Origin: Longimicrobiales bacterium
GTDB taxonomy: Bacteria > Gemmatimonadota > Gemmatimonadetes > Longimicrobiales > Gaopeijiaceae
Reading direction: 5' to 3'
Assembly: GCA_965204735.1 (NCBI GenBank)
Contig: OZ242008.1
Location: 3,808,001 to 3,872,000, forward strand
Length of the DNA: 64,000 nucleotides
In this document: one piece after another, positions 26,603 through 35,233 of the stretch
Layout of the letters: each line of letters starts with the position of its first letter
Position numbering within the stretch: the stretch's first letter is position 1
Made by a program: the position numbers and the translations under genes
Notes under the pieces: generated by a model
The model's input: only the letters and a program-made list of their open reading frames with translations
The model's database searches: none
What the model was told of the DNA's origin: nothing

Positions 26603-27264
26603 GCCGCCAGCCACCGCGAGAGGAGCGCGCGGCCGTAAGCCCCCGACAGCTCGGGGTGGAACTGGCACCCCACCACGGCGCCCCGTTCGACCGCGGCCAG
26701 GAACGGCCCGCCGTACTCGGACCAGGCAGGGAGCCAGCCGCCGACGGACGGCTCGGGAGACGGGGCCGCAGGAGCGGAGGGAGCGCAGGCGGCCGCAGCC
26801 TCGGCCCGGGCGCCCGCGGGCAGCCGGTAGGAGTTGGCGAAGTAGGCGAAGCCCTCGGGCACGATCCGGCAACGGTCCGACGGGACCACGCGGTTCCACC
26901 CCATCTGGGGCACCCTCCTGCCGCCCCCGAACTTCGTCGCCACGGCGTTCAGGGCGCCGATTCCGGGCACGCCCGGAGCCTCCTCGCTCCCCCGGGCCAT
27001 GAGCTGCATTCCCAGACAGATGGCCAGCGTCGGGCGGCCTTCGCCGATCCGCTCCCGAAGAGCGTCTGCCAGCCCCTGCGCGGCGATCGCCTCCCTGGCC
27101 GCCGCGAACGCGCCCACGCCTGGAAGCACGAGACGATCGGCTCGGGTCACGGCGTCGCCGTCGGCGACGAACTCCACGAGGCGCCCCAGCCGTCGCAGGG
27201 CCGTCTCGACGGAGGCCAAGTTCGCCGTGCCCGTCCTGACCACGGCGACGACGGACGTCCGCAA
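26599..27264 (-). CDS. hisH: Imidazole glycerol phosphate synthase glutaminase subunit
   Basis: ANLASV, LPGVGAF, ICLGMQL, VPQMGWN, YFANSY, QFHPELSG. Confidence 0.96.
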   Translation of the reverse strand: MRTSVVAVVRTGTANLASVETALRRLGRLVEFVADGDAVTRADRLVLPGVGAFAAAREAIAAQGLADALRERIGEGRPTLAICLGMQLMARGSEEAPGVPGIGALNAVATKFGGGRRVPQMGWNRVVPSDRCRIVPEGFAYFANSYRLPAGARAEAAAACAPSAPAAPSPEPSVGGWLPAWSEYGGPFLAAVERGAVVGCQFHPELSGAYGRALLSRWLAA

Positions 27265-27267
27265 GAG

Positions 27268-27966
27268 CTAGAGGACTCCCTTGGTGGAGGGCACGCGGCC
27301 CGACGGGGCGGCGGAAGCGGAGGCCGCCTCGGGACCGCCGGAGCACCCTGGGGCGGCGGCCTCGGCTCCCCCACCCGGACCGGCGCCCGCGCCCGAACGC
27401 CCGAAGGCCGACCGGAACGCCAGTGCGCAGGCCTTGAACGCCGCTTCGATCCGGTGGTGGTCGTTGGCGCCCCGAAGCACGTCCACGTGGAGGGTGAGCT
27501 TGGCGGTCTGGGCAAGGGAGCGGAAGAAGTGGGGGACCATCTCGCAGGAGAGGCCGCCCACCCGCTCCCTCGTCAGGCCCAGGTCGCCGGCGAAGAACGG
27601 TCGGCCCGACACGTCGGCGACGGCCCGGGCCAGGGCCTCGTCGAGGGGGGCCCAGGCCGAGCCGAAGCGCGCGATCCCCTTCCGGGCTCCAAGAGCCTGG
27701 TCCACCGCTTGGCCCAGCACGAGTCCCACGTCTTCCACCGTGTGGTGATCGTCCACCTCGAGGTCGCCCGAGCATGTCAGCTCCAACTCCCATCCGGCGT
27801 GGAAGGCCAGGGCGTGCAGCATGTGGTCCAGGAAGCCGATCCCCGTGTCGAGGCGGGCCTCGCCGGACCCGTCCAGCTTCAACTCGGCCTCGATCCGGGT
27901 CTCGCGGGTCTCGCGGGCGACCTTTGCCGTCCTGGGCCCGTCGCCCCTTCGCGTCCGACTACCCAT
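27268..27966 (-). CDS. hisB: Imidazoleglycerol-phosphate dehydratase (monofunctional)
   Basis: RETRETRI, TGIGFLDHML, GDLEVDDHHTVED, PLDEAL, GANDHHRIEAAFKA, PSTKGVL. Confidence 0.96.
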   Translation of the reverse strand: MGSRTRRGDGPRTAKVARETRETRIEAELKLDGSGEARLDTGIGFLDHMLHALAFHAGWELELTCSGDLEVDDHHTVEDVGLVLGQAVDQALGARKGIARFGSAWAPLDEALARAVADVSGRPFFAGDLGLTRERVGGLSCEMVPHFFRSLAQTAKLTLHVDVLRGANDHHRIEAAFKACALAFRSAFGRSGAGAGPGGGAEAAAPGCSGGPEAASASAAPSGRVPSTKGVL

Positions 27967-29704
27967 CAAACAACCCTCCGAAGTTGGGGCCGGCGTCCAC
28001 GATCCGGGCCGCACCGGCGTCGACCAGGGCCTCGCGCATCCGACCCCCGGCGCCCGGCGCCGCGACGCCGACGGGAACCACGCCGGCGGCCAGGGCGGCG
28101 CGAACGTCGTCGGGCGTGTCCCCCAGCAGCCACGCCGAGCCTGCGTCCAGTCGCTCCATGGCGACCCGCACGGGCCCCGGGTCCGGCTTGAGGGGCGCGT
28201 CCTCCCTGCACACGACCGCGCCGAAGAGGTGGGCCACGCCGTGCTCGTCCAGGAACCGCCGGGCGTCGCGGCGGGGACGTCCCGTCACCACGCCCACCTT
28301 GAAGCGTCGGGCCAGCTCGGCCAGGAGCGCCAGGGTTGGGATCAGGGTCTCGTGTCGGCGGAGGCCCGGCTCGTCGTCGGTTCCCTGGTACGCTTCCTCG
28401 AAGCGGGCCGTCGCTTCGGCGAGAGTGGTCGAGACGCCGGCGTCCGCCAGAAGCTGCCGAGTCACCGCCCAGTCGTCGTTGGCGCCGCCCCGAGCCTTGG
28501 CCGCTTCGATCTCTTCCGGGCTCGCGGCGACGCCGAACGAGGCGCACGCCGACGCGATCGCCGCCCGGCAGGAACGGCTCACGTCGGCCAGCACGCCGTC
28601 CATGTCGAAGAGCAGCGCGTCCGGCCTTCCCAGCGCCCGCATCCCGGCTTCCAGGCGACCGAACTCCGACTCGGTGCGGGGAACCGTGATCCGCACGTGG
28701 CCGGCCAGGCCGTCGATGCGCCGCACCAAGATCCCCTGGGCCCGGAGACCCAGGAAGACCCACTGGGCGTCGTCGAAGGCGGCCAGGACGAAGTTCGTGG
28801 ACGACGGCTGGGGGTCGCCGCCGCACTCCCGCACCAGCTCCGCCAAGCGCTCGCGGCCGGCGCGCACCGAGGCCACGAAGCGGCGCATCCGCTCACGTCC
28901 GTTGCGAAGCGCGTCGAGGGCCAGGACCAGCGCAGGACCGCTCAGTGGATAGGGGCCGCCGAAGCCCCGCAGCTCGGCGATTCGGTCCTCCGCGCCCACC
29001 ACGAAGCCGATTCGGAGACCCGCCAGGCTCCAGCACTTGGACATGGTGCGGATCTGGAGGACGTTGGGGCGCTGCAGCAGCGCCGCGCCGTCGGACTCGT
29101 CCCCGAACTCGGCGTAGGCGGCGTCCACCATGAGGGGAACGCCTTCGGGCAAGCCGGCGGCAAGCTCCAGCAGCGCGCTCGCCGGGAACTCCCTGCCTGT
29201 GGGGTTGTCCGGCGACACGACCGCGACCAAGCCCGTGGTCTCGTCGACCGCGTCCAGGATGGCGTGGCGGGGAAGGCGCCCCCACTCGTACTGCAAGGGC
29301 GCGAGCCGCCCTCGGGTCATGCGGGCGTAGGCGGGGATCATGTAGAAGGTGGGGGTCGGGAAGACCATTGTGCGGCCCGGCCCCAGGCAGGCCCGGCACA
29401 CCCTGTCGATCGCGTCGTCGCCGCCGGTCGTGGCCAGGACGCGCTCGGGGCCGATCCCCAGGTAGTCGGCGTACGCTTCCTCCAGCGGCGCCGGGTCCCC
29501 GTACTCTCGGAGGATGCCGGTGCCGGCGCGGCGCAACGTCTCCATGCACTCCTCCGGGGGCAGCCGGCCCTCGTTCATGGAGAGGTCGAGGAGGGGACCC
29601 GGCGGGGCGTCCGGCAGGCCGTGGAGGGCTTTCCGGTAGGGCGCCGGGGCCGAAGAAGCCGTGGCCTGCGAAGCGGCGCCGGTCGACGCGGAGCCGCGGG
29701 TCAT
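27959..29704 (-). CDS. hisC: Histidinol-phosphate aminotransferase fused to a C-terminal HAD phosphatase
   Basis: DLSMNE, SPDNPTG, VDAAYAEF, RTMSKCWSLAGLRIG (PLP Lys); then HAD motif FDMDGVLADVS, GGANDDW, VVTGRP, KPDP, GDTPDD. Confidence 0.92.
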   Translation of the reverse strand: MTRGSASTGAASQATASSAPAPYRKALHGLPDAPPGPLLDLSMNEGRLPPEECMETLRRAGTGILREYGDPAPLEEAYADYLGIGPERVLATTGGDDAIDRVCRACLGPGRTMVFPTPTFYMIPAYARMTRGRLAPLQYEWGRLPRHAILDAVDETTGLVAVVSPDNPTGREFPASALLELAAGLPEGVPLMVDAAYAEFGDESDGAALLQRPNVLQIRTMSKCWSLAGLRIGFVVGAEDRIAELRGFGGPYPLSGPALVLALDALRNGRERMRRFVASVRAGRERLAELVRECGGDPQPSSTNFVLAAFDDAQWVFLGLRAQGILVRRIDGLAGHVRITVPRTESEFGRLEAGMRALGRPDALLFDMDGVLADVSRSCRAAIASACASFGVAASPEEIEAAKARGGANDDWAVTRQLLADAGVSTTLAEATARFEEAYQGTDDEPGLRRHETLIPTLALLAELARRFKVGVVTGRPRRDARRFLDEHGVAHLFGAVVCREDAPLKPDPGPVRVAMERLDAGSAWLLGDTPDDVRAALAAGVVPVGVAAPGAGGRMREALVDAGAARIVDAGPNFGGLFDG

Positions 29705-30585
29705 CGCACGATCTGCCGGGGCTGGGAGACCACGAGGTCGGTGGCGCCCAGGGCCTTCAGGGCCACAAGCAGCTCGGGCAGCCCGCGGCGGGGGACGGCG
29801 ACCCGAACGGCGTAGCCGTCGCCGCCGTGAAGACGGGAGACGGTCGGTTCCCTAAGGCACGGCAGGGCCGGAACCACGCTGTCGAGGTCGGGGGCCGACA
29901 CGTTGAGCTCCAGCATGACTCGGTTGCGGGCCTCCAGCGCCGACTCGAGCAGCAGCGCCAAGTCCTGAACGGCGCCGTTGCGGGCCGAGCCGCCCGCGGC
30001 GGCGTGGTTTGCGTAGAGCCGGGTGGAGGAACGCATCAGCGTGTCGACGACGACCAATCCGTTCTGCCGCAGGGTGGCGCCGGTGGCCACGTTGTCCACG
30101 ATCAAGTCCGCGTCTTCCGGCGGGAAGGCTTCGGTGGCGCCGTAGGAGCGCACGAAGACGGCGTCGAAGGGCTGGCGGGCGATCCACGCCTCGGTCAGGC
30201 GGGCGTACTCGGAGGCGACCACCAGCGTGCGGTCCGCCGGCAGAGCGCCGTCGGCGAGAAGGGAGGCCGGCGCCGCCGCCACCAAGCGCACGGGGTCGAG
30301 TCCCGTGTCCAGGAGCTCCACCAGGTCGGCGTCGAGCTCGGCCACCCAGTCGGCGCCGGCAAAGCCCACGTCGCGGGAACCGGCGTGGAGCATCTCGACC
30401 ACGTTGCGCGACTTGAGCAGCTTGGCGTCGAAGCCGGGAAGGGAGAGGGACGGCCGGTAGCCGCGCTCGCCCAGCCGGACGTCCACGCCCGCTTGGCTCA
30501 GCAGGTTCAGAACGCCGGCCTGCATCCGGCCCTTGGGCAAGGCGAGGCGGACGGACGCCCGTCGAGGGGCGCTGGTGCGTGTCAC
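29701..30585 (-). CDS. hisG: ATP phosphoribosyltransferase, long form
   Basis: LALPKGRM, DVGFAGADW, GATEAFP..ADLIVDNVATGATLRQNGL, C-terminal regulatory domain (PTVS...LKALGA). Confidence 0.95.
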   Translation of the reverse strand: MTRTSAPRRASVRLALPKGRMQAGVLNLLSQAGVDVRLGERGYRPSLSLPGFDAKLLKSRNVVEMLHAGSRDVGFAGADWVAELDADLVELLDTGLDPVRLVAAAPASLLADGALPADRTLVVASEYARLTEAWIARQPFDAVFVRSYGATEAFPPEDADLIVDNVATGATLRQNGLVVVDTLMRSSTRLYANHAAAGGSARNGAVQDLALLLESALEARNRVMLELNVSAPDLDSVVPALPCLREPTVSRLHGGDGYAVRVAVPRRGLPELLVALKALGATDLVVSQPRQIVR

Positions 30586-30604
30586 GGCGATTCGGAGCAG
30601 GGCG

Positions 30605-30640
30605 AAAAAACGCCGGCGCCTCGGAGGGAAGCGGCCGGCG
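30605..30640 (-). terminator. Terminator-like hairpin in the his operon leader
   Basis: Stem CGCCGGC (30611-17)/GCCGGCG (30634-40) followed by T6 on the minus strand, ~20 nt before the hisG GTG. Confidence 0.55.
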
Positions 30641-30863
30641 CTCGCAAGTGGAAGGATGTTATGGTCGCCAGTGGGGGCGCGCCCGTCAAGCCAGTGCGCA
30701 CAGGTGCGAGCAAGCCGCACTTCGGCCGCCCGGGGGCTTGTCCCAGCACCCGGTGACTTGTCCCACCGGCGGCGACAACGGTATGGTGCTTCCGTCCTCC
30801 GTACATGGCGCTTCCGCGCTCCGAGTATCGCCGTCCCCTCGACCCCCGGCTTCCCGAACGTCC

Positions 30864-31082
30864 GTGTTCCGCTCCCACTACCTTCCTCGCACTTGGGCCG
30901 GACGGCTCGCCGCCGGGGCCTTCCTGGCGGGCATGGCCCTGGCCCAGCCTCCGATCGTGCACGGATGGGCGAACCGGATCGAGCCCTGGATCCTGGGCAT
31001 GCCCTTCCTCTTCGCGTATCTGCTGGGCGTCTACCTCTTCATGATCGGCGTGCTGGCGTGGACCGCGAGAAGGAGCATCTGA
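30864..31082 (+). CDS. Small membrane protein (DUF3311-like) accompanying a sodium:solute symporter
   Basis: WANRIEPWILGMPFLFAYL; two hydrophobic segments; immediately upstream of the SSS gene. Confidence 0.75.
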   Translation: MFRSHYLPRTWAGRLAAGAFLAGMALAQPPIVHGWANRIEPWILGMPFLFAYLLGVYLFMIGVLAWTARRSI

Positions 31083-31086
31083 GGCG

Positions 31087-32613
31087 ATGGAGCCGTGGGT
31101 CGTCGCCACCAGCCTGATCTTCGTCTACCTCCTGGCCACGATCGTCATCGGCGTCCTGGCGAACAAGAGGCTGACGGTGAACATGGAGGACTTCCTCCTG
31201 TACGGCCGCCAAGCCGGCTTCCTCGTCCTCTACCTGACGGTGGTCGCCACCTTCCACTCCGCCTTCGCCTTCCTAGGATCCGGCGGGTTCTTCTACACTC
31301 ACGGCATCGGCTTCTGGGCTGCCGGCACGTGGACGGTCCTGGTCGGCGCGATCACCTACACCCTGGGGACGCGCATCTGGGCCTTGGGAAAGAAGTTCGG
31401 CTACATCACCCCCGCCGACATGCTGGCCGACTTCTACGAGAGCGAGACGGTGCGAATCGTCGCAGCCGCCGTGTCGGTGCTCTTCACGATCTTGTACATA
31501 CAGGTGCAGGCGGCCGGACTGGGCTACATCCTCTCGGTGGCGACGGGCGACCGCATCCCCTTCGGCCTGGCCACGGCGATCCTGCTGGTCGTGGCCGCGG
31601 CGTACCTGATGGCCGGGGGGCTGCGCGCCGTCTACTGGACCGACGTGATCCAGGGCGTGTGGATGTATGTGGCTGTTTGGGCCGGCGCCCTCGTGCTGGT
31701 GCACAAGCTCTTCGGAGGACCGGTCGAGCTGTGGCGACGCCTCGCTGCCGAGCGGCCGGACTTGCTCTCGCTGCCCGGACCCGAAGGCTTCTTCACGCCC
31801 GGCATGTGGTTCGGAATGACGATCGCGCTCTCCTTCGGGATCATCCTTCAGCCGCACATGATGCTCCGCTACTACACGGCCGCGTCGGCCAGGACGTTGA
31901 AGCTGCTGGGCGCGACGACGCCGCTCTACCTCTTCACCTTGTTCATTCCGGTCGCGATGGTCGGACTCGGCGGCGCCCTGGTGCTGCCCGAGCTTGCGCA
32001 GCCCGACAGGGTCTTTCCCGAGCTGCTCTTTCGCTATGCGCCGCCGTGGCTGACCGGGCTGATCCTGGCAGGCGCCACGGCAGCCGCCATGTCCACCTTG
32101 GACTCGATCCTCCACTCGAACATGACCGTCCTCACCAGGGACGTCTATCAGCGCTACGTAGCAAAGAACAGAAGCCAAGCCCACTACGTCGCCTTCGGGC
32201 GGGCAGTGGTGCTGGTCCTCCTGGCCGTCGGCTGGTACCTGTCGGTGGCCGAGCTGGACTTTCTAGTCGAGATCGTGGCTCTCTCGGCCGCGGGCGCCCT
32301 CCAGCTGATGCCGGCGGTGCTGGGCGTCTGCTACCCGGGGCGTCGGCTCACGACCAGCGCCGGAGCCGTGGCAGGCATCGTCGGCGGAGTGAGCGTCCTC
32401 TACCTGACGCTGAACGACTTCATGCCTACGCCATGGGGGATGCACACCGCCGTCTTCTCGTTGCTGGTGAACTTCGCGGTCACGATCATCGTGTCGCACT
32501 TCACTCGGCCGCCCTCGCCGGAGACGGTCGAGCGCATCCACGGCGAGGTGGAAACGTTCGTTTACGGGAAACCCGCACAGCCAGAGAACTGGCAAGGAGG
32601 TCAAGAGAAATGA
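31087..32613 (+). CDS. Sodium:solute symporter family transporter
   Basis: EDFLLYGR, ATFHSAFAFLG, GGLRAVYWTDVIQG, AAAMSTLDS, many TM segments. Confidence 0.93.
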   Translation: MEPWVVATSLIFVYLLATIVIGVLANKRLTVNMEDFLLYGRQAGFLVLYLTVVATFHSAFAFLGSGGFFYTHGIGFWAAGTWTVLVGAITYTLGTRIWALGKKFGYITPADMLADFYESETVRIVAAAVSVLFTILYIQVQAAGLGYILSVATGDRIPFGLATAILLVVAAAYLMAGGLRAVYWTDVIQGVWMYVAVWAGALVLVHKLFGGPVELWRRLAAERPDLLSLPGPEGFFTPGMWFGMTIALSFGIILQPHMMLRYYTAASARTLKLLGATTPLYLFTLFIPVAMVGLGGALVLPELAQPDRVFPELLFRYAPPWLTGLILAGATAAAMSTLDSILHSNMTVLTRDVYQRYVAKNRSQAHYVAFGRAVVLVLLAVGWYLSVAELDFLVEIVALSAAGALQLMPAVLGVCYPGRRLTTSAGAVAGIVGGVSVLYLTLNDFMPTPWGMHTAVFSLLVNFAVTIIVSHFTRPPSPETVERIHGEVETFVYGKPAQPENWQGGQEK

Positions 32614-33014
32614 CGAACACGACTAGGTGCGCGCTCGCCAGCGTCGCAGGCGGTCTGGTCTACTTCGTCCTGGGGTGGATCGTCTACGGGATGATCATCC
32701 AGGACCCGGGCGCGGCGGAAGAGCCGATCCTCTGGTCGATCGGCGTCGGGTCCGTCTTCTTGGGCGCGGTCCTCGCCCTCGTGCTCGGCTGGCGAGGCTC
32801 CACCGGCCCCGCAGACGCGTTCAAGGCCGCCGCAGGGTTCGGCGTCCTGCTCGGTCTCGCCGTCGGCTTCTCCCTCATGGGAACGATGGAGGCGCCGGGC
32901 CTCGACACATGGACCGTGCTGCGCGACACGGTGATCGGCGCCCTGATGTACGGCGTCGTCGGCGTCGTCGTGGCGAGGGTGCTGCGCGGAGGGGAAGGCG
33001 CGGCCCACGACTAG
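32610..33014 (+). CDS. Hypothetical 4-TM membrane protein
   Basis: ATGA overlap with the SSS stop; AGGLVYFVLGWIVYG and three further hydrophobic helices. Confidence 0.7.
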   Translation: MTNTTRCALASVAGGLVYFVLGWIVYGMIIQDPGAAEEPILWSIGVGSVFLGAVLALVLGWRGSTGPADAFKAAAGFGVLLGLAVGFSLMGTMEAPGLDTWTVLRDTVIGALMYGVVGVVVARVLRGGEGAAHD

Positions 33015-34158
33015 CCGGGGGCGCGGCGGCCAGGGCGGTCGAGTCCTGCACGTCGACTCCCGGCGCTACGGCGCTCGCGGCGATGGTCGCGCCGACGACA
33101 CCGGGGCCGTTCGGGACGCGGTCGCCGATGCCCGGCCGGGCGACACCGTGGCCTTCGGCGAGGGGCGGACCTACCTGATCGACTCGGTCGACTTGGGCGA
33201 GGTCGGTTCGCCCGGGCTGACGCTCATGTGCCACCGGGCGGTTCTGCGCAAGCACCCCGAAGGCCGGTTCGGGAGCACCAACACCGAGCACATGTTCGTG
33301 GACCGTCACGCCACGTGCGACGGGCTGCGCGTGCTGGGCGGACGCTTCGACCTGAGCCGGGAGGCGGCCATGGTGGGCGACACCGTCAGCGCGTTTCACG
33401 TCGTGCGGGGCAACGGCCTCTTCTTTGCGCTCGTCGAGATCGTGAACGGGATCGAGGAGGGCGCCAAGCTGTACAAGTGCCGCAACGTGACTTGGGCAAG
33501 TCCCAGGATCGCCAACTGCCGCAACAACGGAATCCAGTGCCATTCGCCCGCGGACGACGGGTACTTGGGCGCAAAGCCCAACCAAGGCTGGAGGCGATGG
33601 CGAATCTACGGCGGCCACGTCCGGGAGATCGACGACGGCTTTCTGGGCGCGGCGGACGGCCAGGGGATCACCTTCAACAACTCGGACGCGACGGTCGCCT
33701 GCGGGGACGCGGTTGTGGAAGGGGTCGCCGTGGACCGGTGCAACCGAGGCATCTGGTGCGAGTTCAACCACCCGGAAGGCCGGGCCACCGAGATCGTGGT
33801 GCGCAACAACCTGGTGCGGGGGTCCAAGTGGCACGGGATCGGCCAAGTCGGCGTGATCGGCGGGCGGATCGACGGCAACCACGTCCTGGACACGGGCTTT
33901 CGCCGACCGGGACCGGACTCGTCGTCCGAGGTGGTCGGGATCGTGGTGAGCGGAACCGCCGACGGGCCTGCGGAGGACGCGACGGTGGCGGGCAACGTCG
34001 TGCGGGACGAGAGGACGCCGGCGTGGATGGAGTACGGCATCGTGGTGCGGCAGGCGACGGGCGCCGTGGTGGAGCGGAACGACGTGGCCGGCGCCTTGGA
34101 GGAGGACTACAGAATCGAAAGGACGGCGAGCGGCTCCTTCGACTTCGAGCGGCGCTGA
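33007..34158 (+). CDS. Right-handed beta-helix (pectate-lyase-3-like) protein; start apparently non-canonical
   Basis: In-frame YGARGDGRADDTGAVRDAV motif lies upstream of the first GTG (33148); Asn-ladder repeats (VRNNLV, IDGNHV, VAGNVV, VERNDV). Confidence 0.75.
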   Translation, partial: TTSRGRGGQGGRVLHVDSRRYGARGDGRADDTGAVRDAVADARPGDTVAFGEGRTYLIDSVDLGEVGSPGLTLMCHRAVLRKHPEGRFGSTNTEHMFVDRHATCDGLRVLGGRFDLSREAAMVGDTVSAFHVVRGNGLFFALVEIVNGIEEGAKLYKCRNVTWASPRIANCRNNGIQCHSPADDGYLGAKPNQGWRRWRIYGGHVREIDDGFLGAADGQGITFNNSDATVACGDAVVEGVAVDRCNRGIWCEFNHPEGRATEIVVRNNLVRGSKWHGIGQVGVIGGRIDGNHVLDTGFRRPGPDSSSEVVGIVVSGTADGPAEDATVAGNVVRDERTPAWMEYGIVVRQATGAVVERNDVAGALEEDYRIERTASGSFDFERR

Positions 34159-34219
34159 CCCGAGGCGTGTCCGACGCGCTCGCCGCTCCGCCGGCGCGCC
34201 GGCTCCAAGAGCGTGAGGA

Positions 34220-35233
34220 TCAGAGGTCGTAGCGGTCGTCGATCTCGTAGCCGGCGGACGCCCATCCGGAAGGCGTCCCCGCCGAATCGAAGGAGACGTC
34301 GATGCGCCCCAGCCGCATTCCGCCCCAACCCACTTGGTTGATCAAGGTGAACCCCGCGCGCCCCTGCTCGAAGACCTCCGCTTCGTCGAGAAAGGTGTGG
34401 GTATGGCCGCCCAGAACCAAGTCCACTTCAGGGACGGCTTCGGCCACCACCCGGTCGCTCGGACGGTCGGGGTTCCGGTACCGATAGCCCAGGTGCGAGA
34501 GGCAGATCACCAGCGCGCAGCCCTGGTCGCGCAGCGCGCGGGCGGTCGCCCTGGCCGCATCGACGGGGTCCTTGTACTCGACGCCCCTGTGCAGCGACTC
34601 CAGGACCAGTCCCTCGAAGCCGATGCCGAGGCCGAAGATCCCGACCTTCACTCCCGCGAACTCGCGAACCGTCCAGGGTTGGACGCGCTCCGCCAACTCT
34701 CGGTCGGACACGTCGTAGTTGGCGCACACGAAGTCGAAGCCGGCCTGGGGGAGCATTGCGACCAAGCCGTCCACTCCGTTGTCGAAGTCGTGGTTGCCCA
34801 GGGTCGCCACGTCGTAGCCCATGGCGGTCATGGCGCGAAACTCCAGTTCGCCGCCGAAGAAGTTGAAGTACGGCGTGCCCTGGAAGATGTCGCCGGAGTC
34901 CAGGAGAAGAACGTGCTCGTTGGCGTCGCGGACGCGCTGCACGAGGGTTGCGCGCCGCGCCGCGCCTCCCAGTCCGGCAAAGGGCCCGTCGTCTGCGGGG
35001 AAGGGATCCAGGCGCGAGTGGGTGTCGTTGGTGTGGAGCACGACCAGGCGCACGGCGTCGTCCAGAAGGGGACCGTAGGCGGGCGGCGGCGGGGTCTCCG
35101 GCACCGACGAAATCGAAGCCCCGGATGCGAGCGACGGAGATGCGTCCCACGTCAGGGCCGAGAGCTTGCCGACGCCTCCCAAGCCGGCGGCGGCGCCCAT
35201 CCCGGCGAAGCGGACGAAGCTGCGGCGGTTCAT
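34220..35233 (-). CDS. 5'-nucleotidase metallophosphoesterase (N-terminal half), Tat-exported
   Basis: Tat MNRRSF; LHTNDTHS, DSGDIFQGTPY, GNHDFD, LSHLG, GGHTH. Confidence 0.93.
   Translation of the reverse strand: MNRRSFVRFAGMGAAAGLGGVGKLSALTWDASPSLASGASISSVPETPPPPAYGPLLDDAVRLVVLHTNDTHSRLDPFPADDGPFAGLGGAARRATLVQRVRDANEHVLLLDSGDIFQGTPYFNFFGGELEFRAMTAMGYDVATLGNHDFDNGVDGLVAMLPQAGFDFVCANYDVSDRELAERVQPWTVREFAGVKVGIFGLGIGFEGLVLESLHRGVEYKDPVDAARATARALRDQGCALVICLSHLGYRYRNPDRPSDRVVAEAVPEVDLVLGGHTHTFLDEAEVFEQGRAGFTLINQVGWGGMRLGRIDVSFDSAGTPSGWASAGYEIDDRYDL

Noticed and set aside
30586..30860. Classical His leader peptide or T-box
   Set aside because: No short ORF with a run of His codons and no T-box consensus seen
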